The notes beneath the pieces are model-generated. The model ran no database searches. It saw nothing but the letters and a program-made list of their open reading frames with translations, and was not told where the DNA came from. A stretch of 24,000 nucleotides of DNA from Eubacterium sp. AF22-8LB (GTDB lineage Bacteria > Bacillota_I > Bacilli_A > Erysipelotrichales > Erysipelotrichaceae): the NCBI RefSeq assembly GCF_003458715.1, contig NZ_QRVI01000001.1:57997-81996 (forward strand). Direction: 5' to 3'. Positions 8,699-17,234 of the stretch are shown here, in pieces. Position 1 is the first letter of the stretch; each line of letters opens with the position of its first letter. The position numbers and the translations under genes were made by a program.

Positions 8699-9779
8699 TT
8701 GAAATCTCCCGAATCGCACAAATTGCTAAATCTATATCTTCAATTGAATTTTGAAAAGATAATGATAAGCGAACTATTCCCTTTTCTTCTGTTTTTAAAT
8801 GTTTATGCATAAGTGGTGCACAATGCGCACCACAACGCGTTATAATACCATACTTATAATTCAGTACATCACTCACATAAGCACTATCTTTATGTGGAAT
8901 ATTGAATGCCACAATCGAAGTAGAATTTTGTAAAGACGAATAAAATTCTACATATCCTTCTAAACCTGAATATAGTCTTTCTAATAAAAAACGTTCCTTT
9001 TCAATAATCTCTTTTTGATGCGAAGCAACATATTGAACACCTGCATTTAAAGCCGCAATTCCAACTAAATTCTGTGTTCCCGCCTCTAAATGCTCTGGAT
9101 ATGCATGGGGCATTTCTTGACTAAAAGAATCTATACCCGTTCCACCAGAAATCAAAGGTTTTACTTCAATGTCTTTTACACAAAAACCACCAATACCACC
9201 GATACCTAAAAGGCCTTTGTGTCCACTAAAACATAAGATATCTATGTTTTCTATAGACACAGGAATATGTCCTGCACTCTGTGCTGCATCTACCATCAAT
9301 AACACACCATGTTCTTTACAATAGTGTCCAATTTCTTGCACATCAAAAATTTCTCCAGTCACATTTGAACTGTGAGTCATAACAACCATTCGTGTATTTA
9401 GCTGAAATTGATTTTTAATATCCTCTAGATAAGGCGAACAAATTGTTAGTGAAATGAACCCCTTCTTTTCTAACTCATATAAAGGGCGAAGAACACTATT
9501 ATGCTCTGCATACGTCGTGATCACATGATCCTTTTCTTTTAAGATTCCTTTGATGCATGTATTTAAGCTTTCCGTATTTCCACTATTCAATATCACACGA
9601 TGAAAATCTGGTATTTGAAAAAAATTAGCCACGTTTTTTCGTGTTTGAAAAATCAAACGCGAAGCATCCATATTCGCACTGCGATTGGCATTTCCAGCTA
9701 CCTCCATAGCTTCTATGACAGCTTGCTTCACAGTATCAATTTTAGGAAAACTCGTTGCTGCCTGATCAAGATAAACCAT
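8688..9779 (-). CDS. cysteine desulfurase-like PLP enzyme (EF2568-type aminotransferase class V)
   Basis: 'MVYLDQAATSFPK', 'TTYAEHNSVLRPL', 'LMVDAAQSAGHIPV', 'CFSGHKGLLGIGGIGG', 'RCGAHCAPLMHK'. Confidence 0.92.
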   Translation of the reverse strand: MVYLDQAATSFPKIDTVKQAVIEAMEVAGNANRSANMDASRLIFQTRKNVANFFQIPDFHRVILNSGNTESLNTCIKGILKEKDHVITTYAEHNSVLRPLYELEKKGFISLTICSPYLEDIKNQFQLNTRMVVMTHSSNVTGEIFDVQEIGHYCKEHGVLLMVDAAQSAGHIPVSIENIDILCFSGHKGLLGIGGIGGFCVKDIEVKPLISGGTGIDSFSQEMPHAYPEHLEAGTQNLVGIAALNAGVQYVASHQKEIIEKERFLLERLYSGLEGYVEFYSSLQNSTSIVAFNIPHKDSAYVSDVLNYKYGIITRCGAHCAPLMHKHLKTEEKGIVRLSLSFQNSIEDIDLAICAIREISNDY

Positions 9780-10557
9780 GCAATATAGCCTCCAAGACGC
9801 CTCCTGCTATGCAGCGTGCTTTATCTGAAATCGTAAAACAATTCTGATATTCACCGATTCTTGGATCAATATCTGCCATTTTAAAGCCTGTCGTTACATA
9901 ATATCCATCTTGAATCAAGCCCCGAAGTAGCCCTGACATGCTCGCATAAACAGGTGTCTTGTCTACATACGCAATAATTTCATTCTTTTCCACAATATCT
10001 GTAATCTTTTTTACATTGTGACAAGCACCCTCACAAGGCGAATGAATCACTCTTTCTTTAGAATATCCCTTAATATTTCCAGGTACACCCGTATTTGGCA
10101 ATGCGCAACCATCGTAAATCAATCTTCCTAAATTATGTCCACGCATTGTTTCCACAACAACATGTACATCTTTGCCCGCACAAAAACCTGGGCCAAGACC
10201 AATTGTAATAGGCGCCATATCCATTGTTGTTCCTAAATTCTTTTTAGCTAGAATCGCATCCACTAAGGCCACATGTTCTATTTTCAAAATCATTTCTCCA
10301 TTTGGATCCACCATCATTGCCACTTGATTCTTTGACATGACTTCTTTTGCTTCTTCAATTGTAGAAACTAAAATACACGTCATATCTTCAACAGAAAATT
10401 CACCTTCATATACAGCTTGGCAAAAAGCAACATTTCTTCGTATCGCGCTTGGCTTTTCGACTTCTAACACCAAGACTTGAAATCCACTCTTCACAAGCTT
10501 ATAGATTGTTCCTGTCGCAATGTCTCCTCCACCACGCACAATTACACATTTATCCAT
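9766..10557 (-). CDS. yqeB: YqeB, selenium-dependent molybdenum hydroxylase system protein (EF2563 family)
   Basis: 'MDKCVIVRGGGDIATGTIYKLVKSGFQVLVLEVEKPSAIRRNVAFCQAVYEG...GLGPGFCAGKDVHVVVETMRGHNLGR...NTGVPGNIKGYSKERVI'. Confidence 0.92.
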   Translation of the reverse strand: MDKCVIVRGGGDIATGTIYKLVKSGFQVLVLEVEKPSAIRRNVAFCQAVYEGEFSVEDMTCILVSTIEEAKEVMSKNQVAMMVDPNGEMILKIEHVALVDAILAKKNLGTTMDMAPITIGLGPGFCAGKDVHVVVETMRGHNLGRLIYDGCALPNTGVPGNIKGYSKERVIHSPCEGACHNVKKITDIVEKNEIIAYVDKTPVYASMSGLLRGLIQDGYYVTTGFKMADIDPRIGEYQNCFTISDKARCIAGGVLEAILHGLS

Positions 10558-10562
10558 AATCC

Positions 10563-11156
10563 TTACGGCTTGATAATTTTATCAGCCTTCTCCATTCTCT
10601 CTACAATATCATACATATTTGTGACAGATCCTACTTGTAACTCTTCTTTTAAGTGGAAGAAATCCAAACAAGTTCCGCAACTTACAATTTCAACTCCATT
10701 TGATTCCAAATATTTCAAATCCTCTAAAGTCTCATTCTTTGTTGTTGTGATTTTTACACCCTCATTATAAAAAATCATTTCATCTGGTAAAGCATCCTGC
10801 TTTGTCAAAGAAAAGATGAATGATTTCATTAATAAAGTGCCTAATTCCGGGTTTGATCCCATCACATTGCTTGCGCAAACCACTACCATTTTAGGTTTAG
10901 CACAACTACAATCTGCATATGTGTATTCCACTTCAAAATCAGCCTCTTCATCACCCTTTGAAATTTCAACAATATAATCCTTGCCCTCTTGTTTTGAACT
11001 TACCGAATAGTTCTTCACCTTCGCAAATTTAGTTAAGTTTTCAACCGCAATTTCATTATCTACAATTGTTGAAACTACATTCTCCTCTTTCAAAGCATCC
11101 TTGGTTTTTACGACTGGAAGTGGACACTCCAATCCTCTACAATCTAAAGTTTTCAT
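10563..11156 (-). CDS. yedF: YedF, selenium metabolism sulfurtransferase (TusA-like plus DsrE-like)
   Basis: N-terminal 'LDCRGLECPLPVVKTKDAL' (TusA-like CPxP) and C-terminal 'KMVVVCASNVMGSNPELGTLLMKSFIFSLT...VEIVSCGTCLDFF'. Confidence 0.92.
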   Translation of the reverse strand: MKTLDCRGLECPLPVVKTKDALKEENVVSTIVDNEIAVENLTKFAKVKNYSVSSKQEGKDYIVEISKGDEEADFEVEYTYADCSCAKPKMVVVCASNVMGSNPELGTLLMKSFIFSLTKQDALPDEMIFYNEGVKITTTKNETLEDLKYLESNGVEIVSCGTCLDFFHLKEELQVGSVTNMYDIVERMEKADKIIKP

Positions 11157-11160
11157 CTCT

Positions 11161-12177
11161 CTACCTCACATATACATTATATTCATTTTTATCAATAACT
11201 TCACCCACAACATATAGCTCGAGATTGTTTTCTATAAAATTCTTTTTTATATCCATCAAATCTTCTTTAGATACACTTGCCAACAATCCACCACTGGTTT
11301 GTGGATCAAATAAAATCTCTTCCGTAAAGAAATCACAATCAAAATAAATCTTACCCTCTACGCTGTTTCGATTCGTCTGTGCAGCCCCACTCAAATAGAA
11401 CTCTTCCACATATCTTTTACAATCATCAAAACAAGGAATCGAATCCTTGTAAATTATGGCACTGTTCTTGTCATCTAACATTTCATTTAAATGTACTAAT
11501 AGTCCAAAACCAGTCACATCCGTTAAAGCATGCACATCATACTTTTTTAAAGCATCACACGCATACTTATTTAGCGTAGTCATGCTTTTAAAGACACGCT
11601 GCTGCATACTTTCTGAACAATCGTCCATGCGCAAAGCATTTAAAGTTAATCCTACTCCAAGTGGCTTTGTCAAAATTAAGACGTCTCCACTTTCAGTCCC
11701 ATTATTTTTCTTTACGTCTTTCGGATTTACTAATCCTGTTACACTCAAGCCATATTTAATTGAATCATCACGAATAGAGTGGCCTCCTGCCAACGCACAC
11801 CCAGCTTCAACCAGCTTAGAATTTCCTCCCTCAATGATTTTACCTAAAATATTCAAATCCTCATTATCCGGAAAACACACAATATTTAAAGCTGTTTTAG
11901 GCGTACCATTCATCGCATAAATATCGCTCAATGCATTCGTTGCCGCAATCTGGCCATATAGATATGGATCTTCTACCATAGGTGGAAAGAAATCCAACGT
12001 GGATACAAAGGCATGACTTTCATCAATTTGATACACAGCTGCATCATCCCTAGAATCAAAGCCAACCAACACATTATCATTTTTATAAGAATCAATTTTT
12101 TCTAAAATGTGGCTTAATTTTTTAGCCCCTAATTTAGCACTACATCCACCACTCTTACAATATATTTTCTCATTCAT
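11161..12177 (-). CDS. selD: selenide, water dikinase
   Basis: 'KSGGCSAKLGAKKLSHIL', 'NVLVGFDSRDDAAVY', 'FVSTLDFFPPMVEDPYLYGQIAATNALSDIYAMNGTPKTALNIV', 'LTDVTGFGLLVHL', 'FDPQTSGGLL'. The catalytic position is Cys (GGCSAK), not Sec. Confidence 0.96.
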   Translation of the reverse strand: MNEKIYCKSGGCSAKLGAKKLSHILEKIDSYKNDNVLVGFDSRDDAAVYQIDESHAFVSTLDFFPPMVEDPYLYGQIAATNALSDIYAMNGTPKTALNIVCFPDNEDLNILGKIIEGGNSKLVEAGCALAGGHSIRDDSIKYGLSVTGLVNPKDVKKNNGTESGDVLILTKPLGVGLTLNALRMDDCSESMQQRVFKSMTTLNKYACDALKKYDVHALTDVTGFGLLVHLNEMLDDKNSAIIYKDSIPCFDDCKRYVEEFYLSGAAQTNRNSVEGKIYFDCDFFTEEILFDPQTSGGLLASVSKEDLMDIKKNFIENNLELYVVGEVIDKNEYNVYVR

Positions 12178-12404
12178 TAAAAATTCACCCTAACTATATC
12201 CTCATATGAAATGTTATTTTCCTCTAAAAAAACTCTCCACTTTTCAATATTTAGATCCTTAGACATAAAACACATACCACATCCAGCTTTAACACAGCTT
12301 GGAACAGGAATCATACGTCCATTCTTTGTGATGCTTTCTAGTTCTAATACATCTTGAATACTCTTAAAAGTAATAATCAACACTTTTTCTTTATTCATTT
12401 TCAA
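12177..12404 (-). CDS. DUF3343 family, putative Se/S carrier-like protein
   Basis: Small 75-aa protein 'VLIITFKSIQDVLELESITKNGRMIPVPSCVKAGCGMCFMS', with stop/start overlap TAATG with selD. Confidence 0.85.
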   Translation of the reverse strand: MKMNKEKVLIITFKSIQDVLELESITKNGRMIPVPSCVKAGCGMCFMSKDLNIEKWRVFLEENNISYEDIVRVNF

Positions 12405-12723
12405 ATATTTCCTTAAACACTTCGTCCGTATACATATCCACTTTTTCTTTGAATACTTTATATTTATGAACCAATATTTTCCCTTCCGGTGTTAAAAAAG
12501 AACCACCACCATGATTTCCTCCACTTATCGTATGAACTAGCTCATAGCCTAAATCCTCTTCAGCTCTTTTAATGATTTTCCAAGCCTTTGAATTTGACAT
12601 TCCCATTTCTTTATAGGCCCTCGATAAAGAGCCATATTGATCGCATAAGTCTAAGAGTTCGACAACGCCTTTGCCAAAATCCATTTCTTGGTTGCCAATT
12701 TGAATCTTTAATTTATATCTCAT
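12391..12723 (-). CDS. ModE-like winged helix transcriptional regulator (DNA-binding domain only)
   Basis: 'DFGKGVVELLDLCDQYGSLSRAYKEMGMSNSKAWKIIKRAEEDLGYELVHTISGGNHGGGSFLTPEGKILVHKY'. Start placed at 12723 (ATGA overlap with the upstream gene); the track start is 12753. Confidence 0.88.
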   Translation of the reverse strand: MRYKLKIQIGNQEMDFGKGVVELLDLCDQYGSLSRAYKEMGMSNSKAWKIIKRAEEDLGYELVHTISGGNHGGGSFLTPEGKILVHKYKVFKEKVDMYTDEVFKEIFENE

Positions 12724-13733
12724 TTTCCAAAACCACAATTTGGATATGTGCAAGCCTTACATCCTAAGCACAATCCACCTTCTCCTAAATCACATAACTC
12801 TTCATAGGTAACTACATCTTTTGCGAGTAAACGAGGAAGTATTAAATCAAACACCGTTCTTTTGGCATACATGACACAGCCTGGAAGCCCCACAATTGGT
12901 ACTTCGCCTTTATAGGAAAGTAAAAACATAGCTCCAGGAAGAACAGGCGATCCATAACTAATTATATTGGCTCCGGTATTCTTGATTGCAAGTGGCGTTT
13001 TGTCGTCTGGATCCACACTCATTCCACCTGTACAAAGTACAATATCTACACCTTGTTTTAATGCTTCATTAATTTTTTTGGTCACCATTTTATCATCATC
13101 ATCGCAAATTTCATGATAAACCATTTCACAACCAAACTCAGCTAATTTTTTCTGAATAACGGGTGTAAATGTATCTTTGATTCTTCCCTTATACACTTCA
13201 CTTCCTGTTGTGATCACAGCTGCTTTTTTTAATACAAAAGGCTTAATTTCTAGAATTGGAGAAACAACTAAAGAACGGACTTTCTCCATTTTTTCCTTTT
13301 CAATCACCAAAGGAATAATACGCATACCTGCCAATTTATCTCCAGGATGAACCACCATATTTCCATGTCGAGTCGCAATCATCATTTGTCCAAATGAATT
13401 CACAGTAAACAAAGATTTACGATCCACTTTAAACAAACCATGGATGTCACTTTTTAATTCAATCTTACCCTCTTTGATTTCACCATACGACATATATTCA
13501 TTTTTACACATGTCTAGCAAAACCATAGCTGCATCATTTTCATGCATCATACTCTCGTCATTTTCCCAAACATATAAATTTTCTTTCCCCACCGATAACA
13601 ATAAAGGAATATCTTCTTCTGTCACGATATGACCCTTACGAAAAAGGGCATCTTTTGTGACACCCTTTATAATCTGCGTTATATCATGACAAAGTACATG
13701 CCCTACGGCATCCTCAGTTTTGATTAATTTCAT
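12720..13733 (-). CDS. MoeA-like molybdopterin-binding protein with C-terminal cysteine cluster
   Basis: 'AAVITTGSEVYKGRI', 'GVDIVLCTGGMSVDPDDKTP', 'VLPGAMFLLSYKGEVPIVGLPGCVMYAKRTVFDLILPRLLA', C-term 'CLGCKACTYPNCGFGK'. Confidence 0.88.
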   Translation of the reverse strand: MKLIKTEDAVGHVLCHDITQIIKGVTKDALFRKGHIVTEEDIPLLLSVGKENLYVWENDESMMHENDAAMVLLDMCKNEYMSYGEIKEGKIELKSDIHGLFKVDRKSLFTVNSFGQMMIATRHGNMVVHPGDKLAGMRIIPLVIEKEKMEKVRSLVVSPILEIKPFVLKKAAVITTGSEVYKGRIKDTFTPVIQKKLAEFGCEMVYHEICDDDDKMVTKKINEALKQGVDIVLCTGGMSVDPDDKTPLAIKNTGANIISYGSPVLPGAMFLLSYKGEVPIVGLPGCVMYAKRTVFDLILPRLLAKDVVTYEELCDLGEGGLCLGCKACTYPNCGFGK

Positions 13734-13734
13734 A

Positions 13735-14511
13735 TTACTCTCCTTTTTTGAATCCGTATTTCTTAAATACTTTTAATGCTTTATCGCTCTTTAAGAATTT
13801 AATTAATGAATCCGCTTCATCTTTGTGCTTTGTACTAGAAACACGACCTACTGGATATAGGACTGGTGTAGCTAATAATGAATTATCGCACTCTGCCACT
13901 ACTTCTACTTTATCACTACTTGCCGCATCTGTCGCGTAAACCAAACCAACTTCTGCATTTCCTGCTTCAACCTGAGACAATACTTCAGTTACATTTCCAG
14001 CTAAACTTAGACGATCTTGAAGCAAATCCCATACACCTAAATTTGTCAAAGCCTCTTTTGCGTAGCTTCCTGCTGGCACAACCTCTGGATCTCCAATCGC
14101 AATCATAGAAGCAGCACTAATATTGTCAAATCCAGTTACTGTTGTATTGCTGCCTTTTCCTTTGATCAATACTAATTTATTTTCTAATACATTTGAAATA
14201 GAATCCGCATCTACTAAATTTTCATCTTTTAAAGCGTTCATCTGTGTTGTAGCTGCACTAAAGAAAACATCTGCATCTAAACCTTTTTCAATTTGAAGCT
14301 GTAGCTTTCCACTACTATCATACACACCTTCGATTGTCACATTTGAATACTCCTTTTCAAACATAGGAATCAATTCATCTTCAAATGCATTCTCTAAACT
14401 TGCCGCAGCTGCAATTGTTAGTTTTACTTCTTCTTTCGGTTTATTTGAACTACACCCAAATAAACTTGTGGCCATCACTCCAGCCAATAAAATACTTAAA
14501 CCTTTTCTCAT
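13735..14511 (-). CDS. modA: molybdate ABC transporter substrate-binding lipoprotein
   Basis: Lipobox 'LFGCSS', 'LTIAAAASLENAFEDELIPMFEKEYSNVTIEGVYDSSGKLQLQIEKGLDADVFFSA'. Confidence 0.95.
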   Translation of the reverse strand: MRKGLSILLAGVMATSLFGCSSNKPKEEVKLTIAAAASLENAFEDELIPMFEKEYSNVTIEGVYDSSGKLQLQIEKGLDADVFFSAATTQMNALKDENLVDADSISNVLENKLVLIKGKGSNTTVTGFDNISAASMIAIGDPEVVPAGSYAKEALTNLGVWDLLQDRLSLAGNVTEVLSQVEAGNAEVGLVYATDAASSDKVEVVAECDNSLLATPVLYPVGRVSSTKHKDEADSLIKFLKSDKALKVFKKYGFKKGE

Positions 14512-15140
14512 GTAATTTCTCCGTCTTTAATCTTATATTTTAGATCACACAAATAATTCACTTCTTCCTTATTGTGTGATACAAAAATAACGGGTTTTGA
14601 GATTCGAAGCTCGCTTTTAAGCTCCTTTAATAAATCTTCCTTTAAATCTTCATCCAAAGCACTAAACGGCTCATCGAGCAATAATACATCGGGCTCATAC
14701 GCCATCAAACGAGCTAATGCCACTCTTTGTCTTTGTCCACCTGACAATTGTTTAGGATATCTTGGAGCAAGTTCACTAATTCTAAATTGTTTCATCACTC
14801 TTTTAACAACAAAATCCACATCGTTCACTTTTCTAGCTTTTAATCCCATACTAATATTTTCATATACATTCATATTAGGAAATAAAGCATAGCTTTGAAA
14901 CATATACCCCACGTTGCGTTTTTGAATGGGAATATTGATTTTCTTTTCGGAATCAAATAAAACACGATTATTCAAAGTAATTCGCCCTTTATCTGGTGTT
15001 TCAATACCTGCAATACATTTTAATGTCATACTTTTACCTGAGCCTGAAGCCCCCATAAGGCCTAATATATTGTCTTCTACTTGAAATGAAATATCTAAAT
15101 CAAACTCTGCAAGCTTTTTGTATATTTGTACTTCTAACAT
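14508..15140 (-). CDS. modC: molybdate ABC transporter ATP-binding protein (short, no TOBE domain)
   Basis: Walker A 'GLMGASGSGKS', signature 'LSGGQRQRVALARLM', Walker B 'VLLLDEPFSALD'. Ends right after the H-loop region. Confidence 0.93.
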   Translation of the reverse strand: MLEVQIYKKLAEFDLDISFQVEDNILGLMGASGSGKSMTLKCIAGIETPDKGRITLNNRVLFDSEKKINIPIQKRNVGYMFQSYALFPNMNVYENISMGLKARKVNDVDFVVKRVMKQFRISELAPRYPKQLSGGQRQRVALARLMAYEPDVLLLDEPFSALDEDLKEDLLKELKSELRISKPVIFVSHNKEEVNYLCDLKYKIKDGEIT

Positions 15141-15830
15141 TTAGAAACTCCTTTTCTTCCGAACATACAATTGATATAGATTCAACAAGATTACAGCTGT
15201 AAAACAAATACCAATAATTACCCACACATAAAAGGCAGCAGAATCCATATCTCCACTCATCACTTCACTATAAACAGCAACCGGAAGTGTCCTTGTCTTT
15301 CCTATAATGTTTCCCGCAAGCATTGCCGTTGCCCCAAACTCACCTAGACCACGCGCAAAAGCAAGTACTCCACCACTAATAATTCCCGGCAAGGCATTGG
15401 GAATTAACACCTTTAAAAAGATGCTCCATTCACTCATTCCTAGAGTTCTTGCGACATAGACCAAATCCATATCCACCTGTTCAAAAGCCCCCCTGGCATT
15501 GCGGTACATAAGTGGAAAAGATATCACAACAGCTGCAATCACGGTAGCGCTAAAGCTAAATGCGATACGAACACCAAATGCATTCATAAAGAACTTGCCT
15601 ACGGGTTGATTCACGCCAAAGATCATCAACAAGAAAAAGCCAGCTACTGTTGGTGGTAAAACCATAGGCAAAGTAAAGAGTCCATCAAATATCATTTTCA
15701 ATGCTTCACTTTTTCGTGAATAGATCCACCATGCAGCTAGCAAACCAAGAATAAACGTAATCACAATTGTGATACTTGCCGTTTTTAGAGATATCCAGAT
15801 AGGGGTTAAATCCAAGTTATTTCCTTGCAC
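15141..15830 (-). CDS. modB: molybdate ABC transporter permease
   Basis: 'LPMVLPPTVAGFFLLMIFG', 'EWSIFLKVLIPNALPGIISGGVLAFARGLGEFGATAMLAGNI'. Confidence 0.95.
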   Translation of the reverse strand: MQGNNLDLTPIWISLKTASITIVITFILGLLAAWWIYSRKSEALKMIFDGLFTLPMVLPPTVAGFFLLMIFGVNQPVGKFFMNAFGVRIAFSFSATVIAAVVISFPLMYRNARGAFEQVDMDLVYVARTLGMSEWSIFLKVLIPNALPGIISGGVLAFARGLGEFGATAMLAGNIIGKTRTLPVAVYSEVMSGDMDSAAFYVWVIIGICFTAVILLNLYQLYVRKKRSF

Positions 15831-16752
15831 ACTCTCTCGCTTCCCCTTTCATGATTTCTAAACCATGTTTTAATGGGCCTAAAATAATATCTAAGCTTTC
15901 CTTTACTGCCTTAGGACTTCCTGGTAAATTGATAATCAACGTTTGATTTCTTAATACACTTACACCACGTGACAACATAGCCTTGTTGGTATATTTCATC
16001 GATTCATAACGTAATGCCTCACTAATACCCGGAACATTGCGTGTCATAACTTTCATTGTGGCTTCCGGCGTCACATCACGAATACTTAACCCAGTTCCTC
16101 CGGTTGTAAGAATCAAATCATTTTGGCAACGATCACTTAAATTGATCAATTGCGAAATAATTTCATTTTCATCATCCGCAATTACCGTTACACTCGTCAC
16201 ATTGTATCCATGTTCTGTCATGATTTTTTTAATCAATGGACCACTCTCATCTTTTCTTTGTCCTACACTAGCCTTATCACTTAGTGTTAATACGGCTACG
16301 CGCATTCTAGAATCCTTATTTTCAATGACTTCAACTTTATTTCCAACACAAATATGTCCACCATGTATTACACGAGTAAACACCCCTAAATGAGGCATAA
16401 TACACTGTCCTACTTGATGATAAATAGCGCAATGTGAATGACAGCTTTTTCCAATTTGAGTAAGTTCTAGTAATACGTCTCCAATCTTAAATTGTGTTCC
16501 TACAGGATAATCTGTGAATTCAATACCTGATACAAGTAAATTTTCACCAAAGGCTCCATCCTCTACATTGGCTCCTTTGGCCTTAAATTCTTCACGCTTT
16601 TCATATGATAATAAAGAAACCTGGCGATGCCACTTGCCTGCATGTGCATCATTTTCTAATCCATGATCTTCAATAATTTTAATATCTTGAACTGGATGTT
16701 TTTCCGTTCCTTTTTGTTTGCTGATACAAATAGCTTTAATTATTCCTTCCAT
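15817..16752 (-). CDS. bifunctional MOSC domain / MogA-MoaB-like molybdopterin adenylyltransferase
   Basis: N-term MOSC '[22 protein letters not shown]...[14 protein letters not shown]'; C-term '[24 protein letters not shown]...[19 protein letters not shown]...[16 protein letters not shown]'. Confidence 0.93.
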   Translation of the reverse strand: MEGIIKAICISKQKGTEKHPVQDIKIIEDHGLENDAHAGKWHRQVSLLSYEKREEFKAKGANVEDGAFGENLLVSGIEFTDYPVGTQFKIGDVLLELTQIGKSCHSHCAIYHQVGQCIMPHLGVFTRVIHGGHICVGNKVEVIENKDSRMRVAVLTLSDKASVGQRKDESGPLIKKIMTEHGYNVTSVTVIADDENEIISQLINLSDRCQNDLILTTGGTGLSIRDVTPEATMKVMTRNVPGISEALRYESMKYTNKAMLSRGVSVLRNQTLIINLPGSPKAVKESLDIILGPLKHGLEIMKGEARECARK

Positions 16753-17234
16753 ACAAAATCCCCACTCTTTCCACCTGATTTAGAAACCAAATGTATATTC
16801 TTGATTTCCATATCTTTACTTATAGCTTTACACATGTCATAAATTGTCAGAAGACAAACATTCACACCTGTCAAGGCTTCCATTTCTACACCTGTTTTTC
16901 CATTACACTTAACTGTACAATAGGCGTAGATCAAACAATTCTCTTTATCGATTTCAAAATCAATATTTACTTTATTGATCATTAAAGGATGACACAAAGG
17001 AATCAAATCACTCGTCTTTTTTACACCCATGATTCCAGCTATTCGAGCTACACCTAGTACATCCCCTTTTTTCATATCGCTATGTTCGATTTTCTCAATA
17101 ATCTCTTTATTCACTAATATACTTCCAACAGCACAGGCGCTTCTTGAAGTGATATCCTTTTCACTTACATCCACCATACGTGCGTTTCCTTGTTTATCAA
17201 AATGCGTTAATTCCATTTCATCCTCCAATTTCAT
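16740..17234 (-). CDS. moaC: cyclic pyranopterin monophosphate synthase MoaC
   Basis: '[29 protein letters not shown]', '[22 protein letters not shown]', '[26 protein letters not shown]'. Confidence 0.96.
   Translation of the reverse strand: MKLEDEMELTHFDKQGNARMVDVSEKDITSRSACAVGSILVNKEIIEKIEHSDMKKGDVLGVARIAGIMGVKKTSDLIPLCHPLMINKVNIDFEIDKENCLIYAYCTVKCNGKTGVEMEALTGVNVCLLTIYDMCKAISKDMEIKNIHLVSKSGGKSGDFVWKE

Noticed and set aside
11456-11920. 154-aa plus-strand ORF opposite selD
   Set aside because: It is the frame shadow of the strongly conserved selD coding sequence and has no recognisable protein features.
11161-12177. Possible selenoprotein (Sec-containing SelD)
   Set aside because: The catalytic position is encoded as Cys within an uninterrupted ORF, with no in-frame TGA or SECIS-like need.
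16037-16393. 118-aa plus-strand ORF opposite MOSC-MogA, plus similar shadows at 14572-14892 and 10477-10770
   Set aside because: They lie entirely within well-supported genes on the other strand and show typical antisense-shadow composition.
15817-16752. Possible frameshift or misassembly joining MOSC and MogA
   Set aside because: Both halves are intact with a clean linker, and this fusion is a known architecture in Firmicutes.
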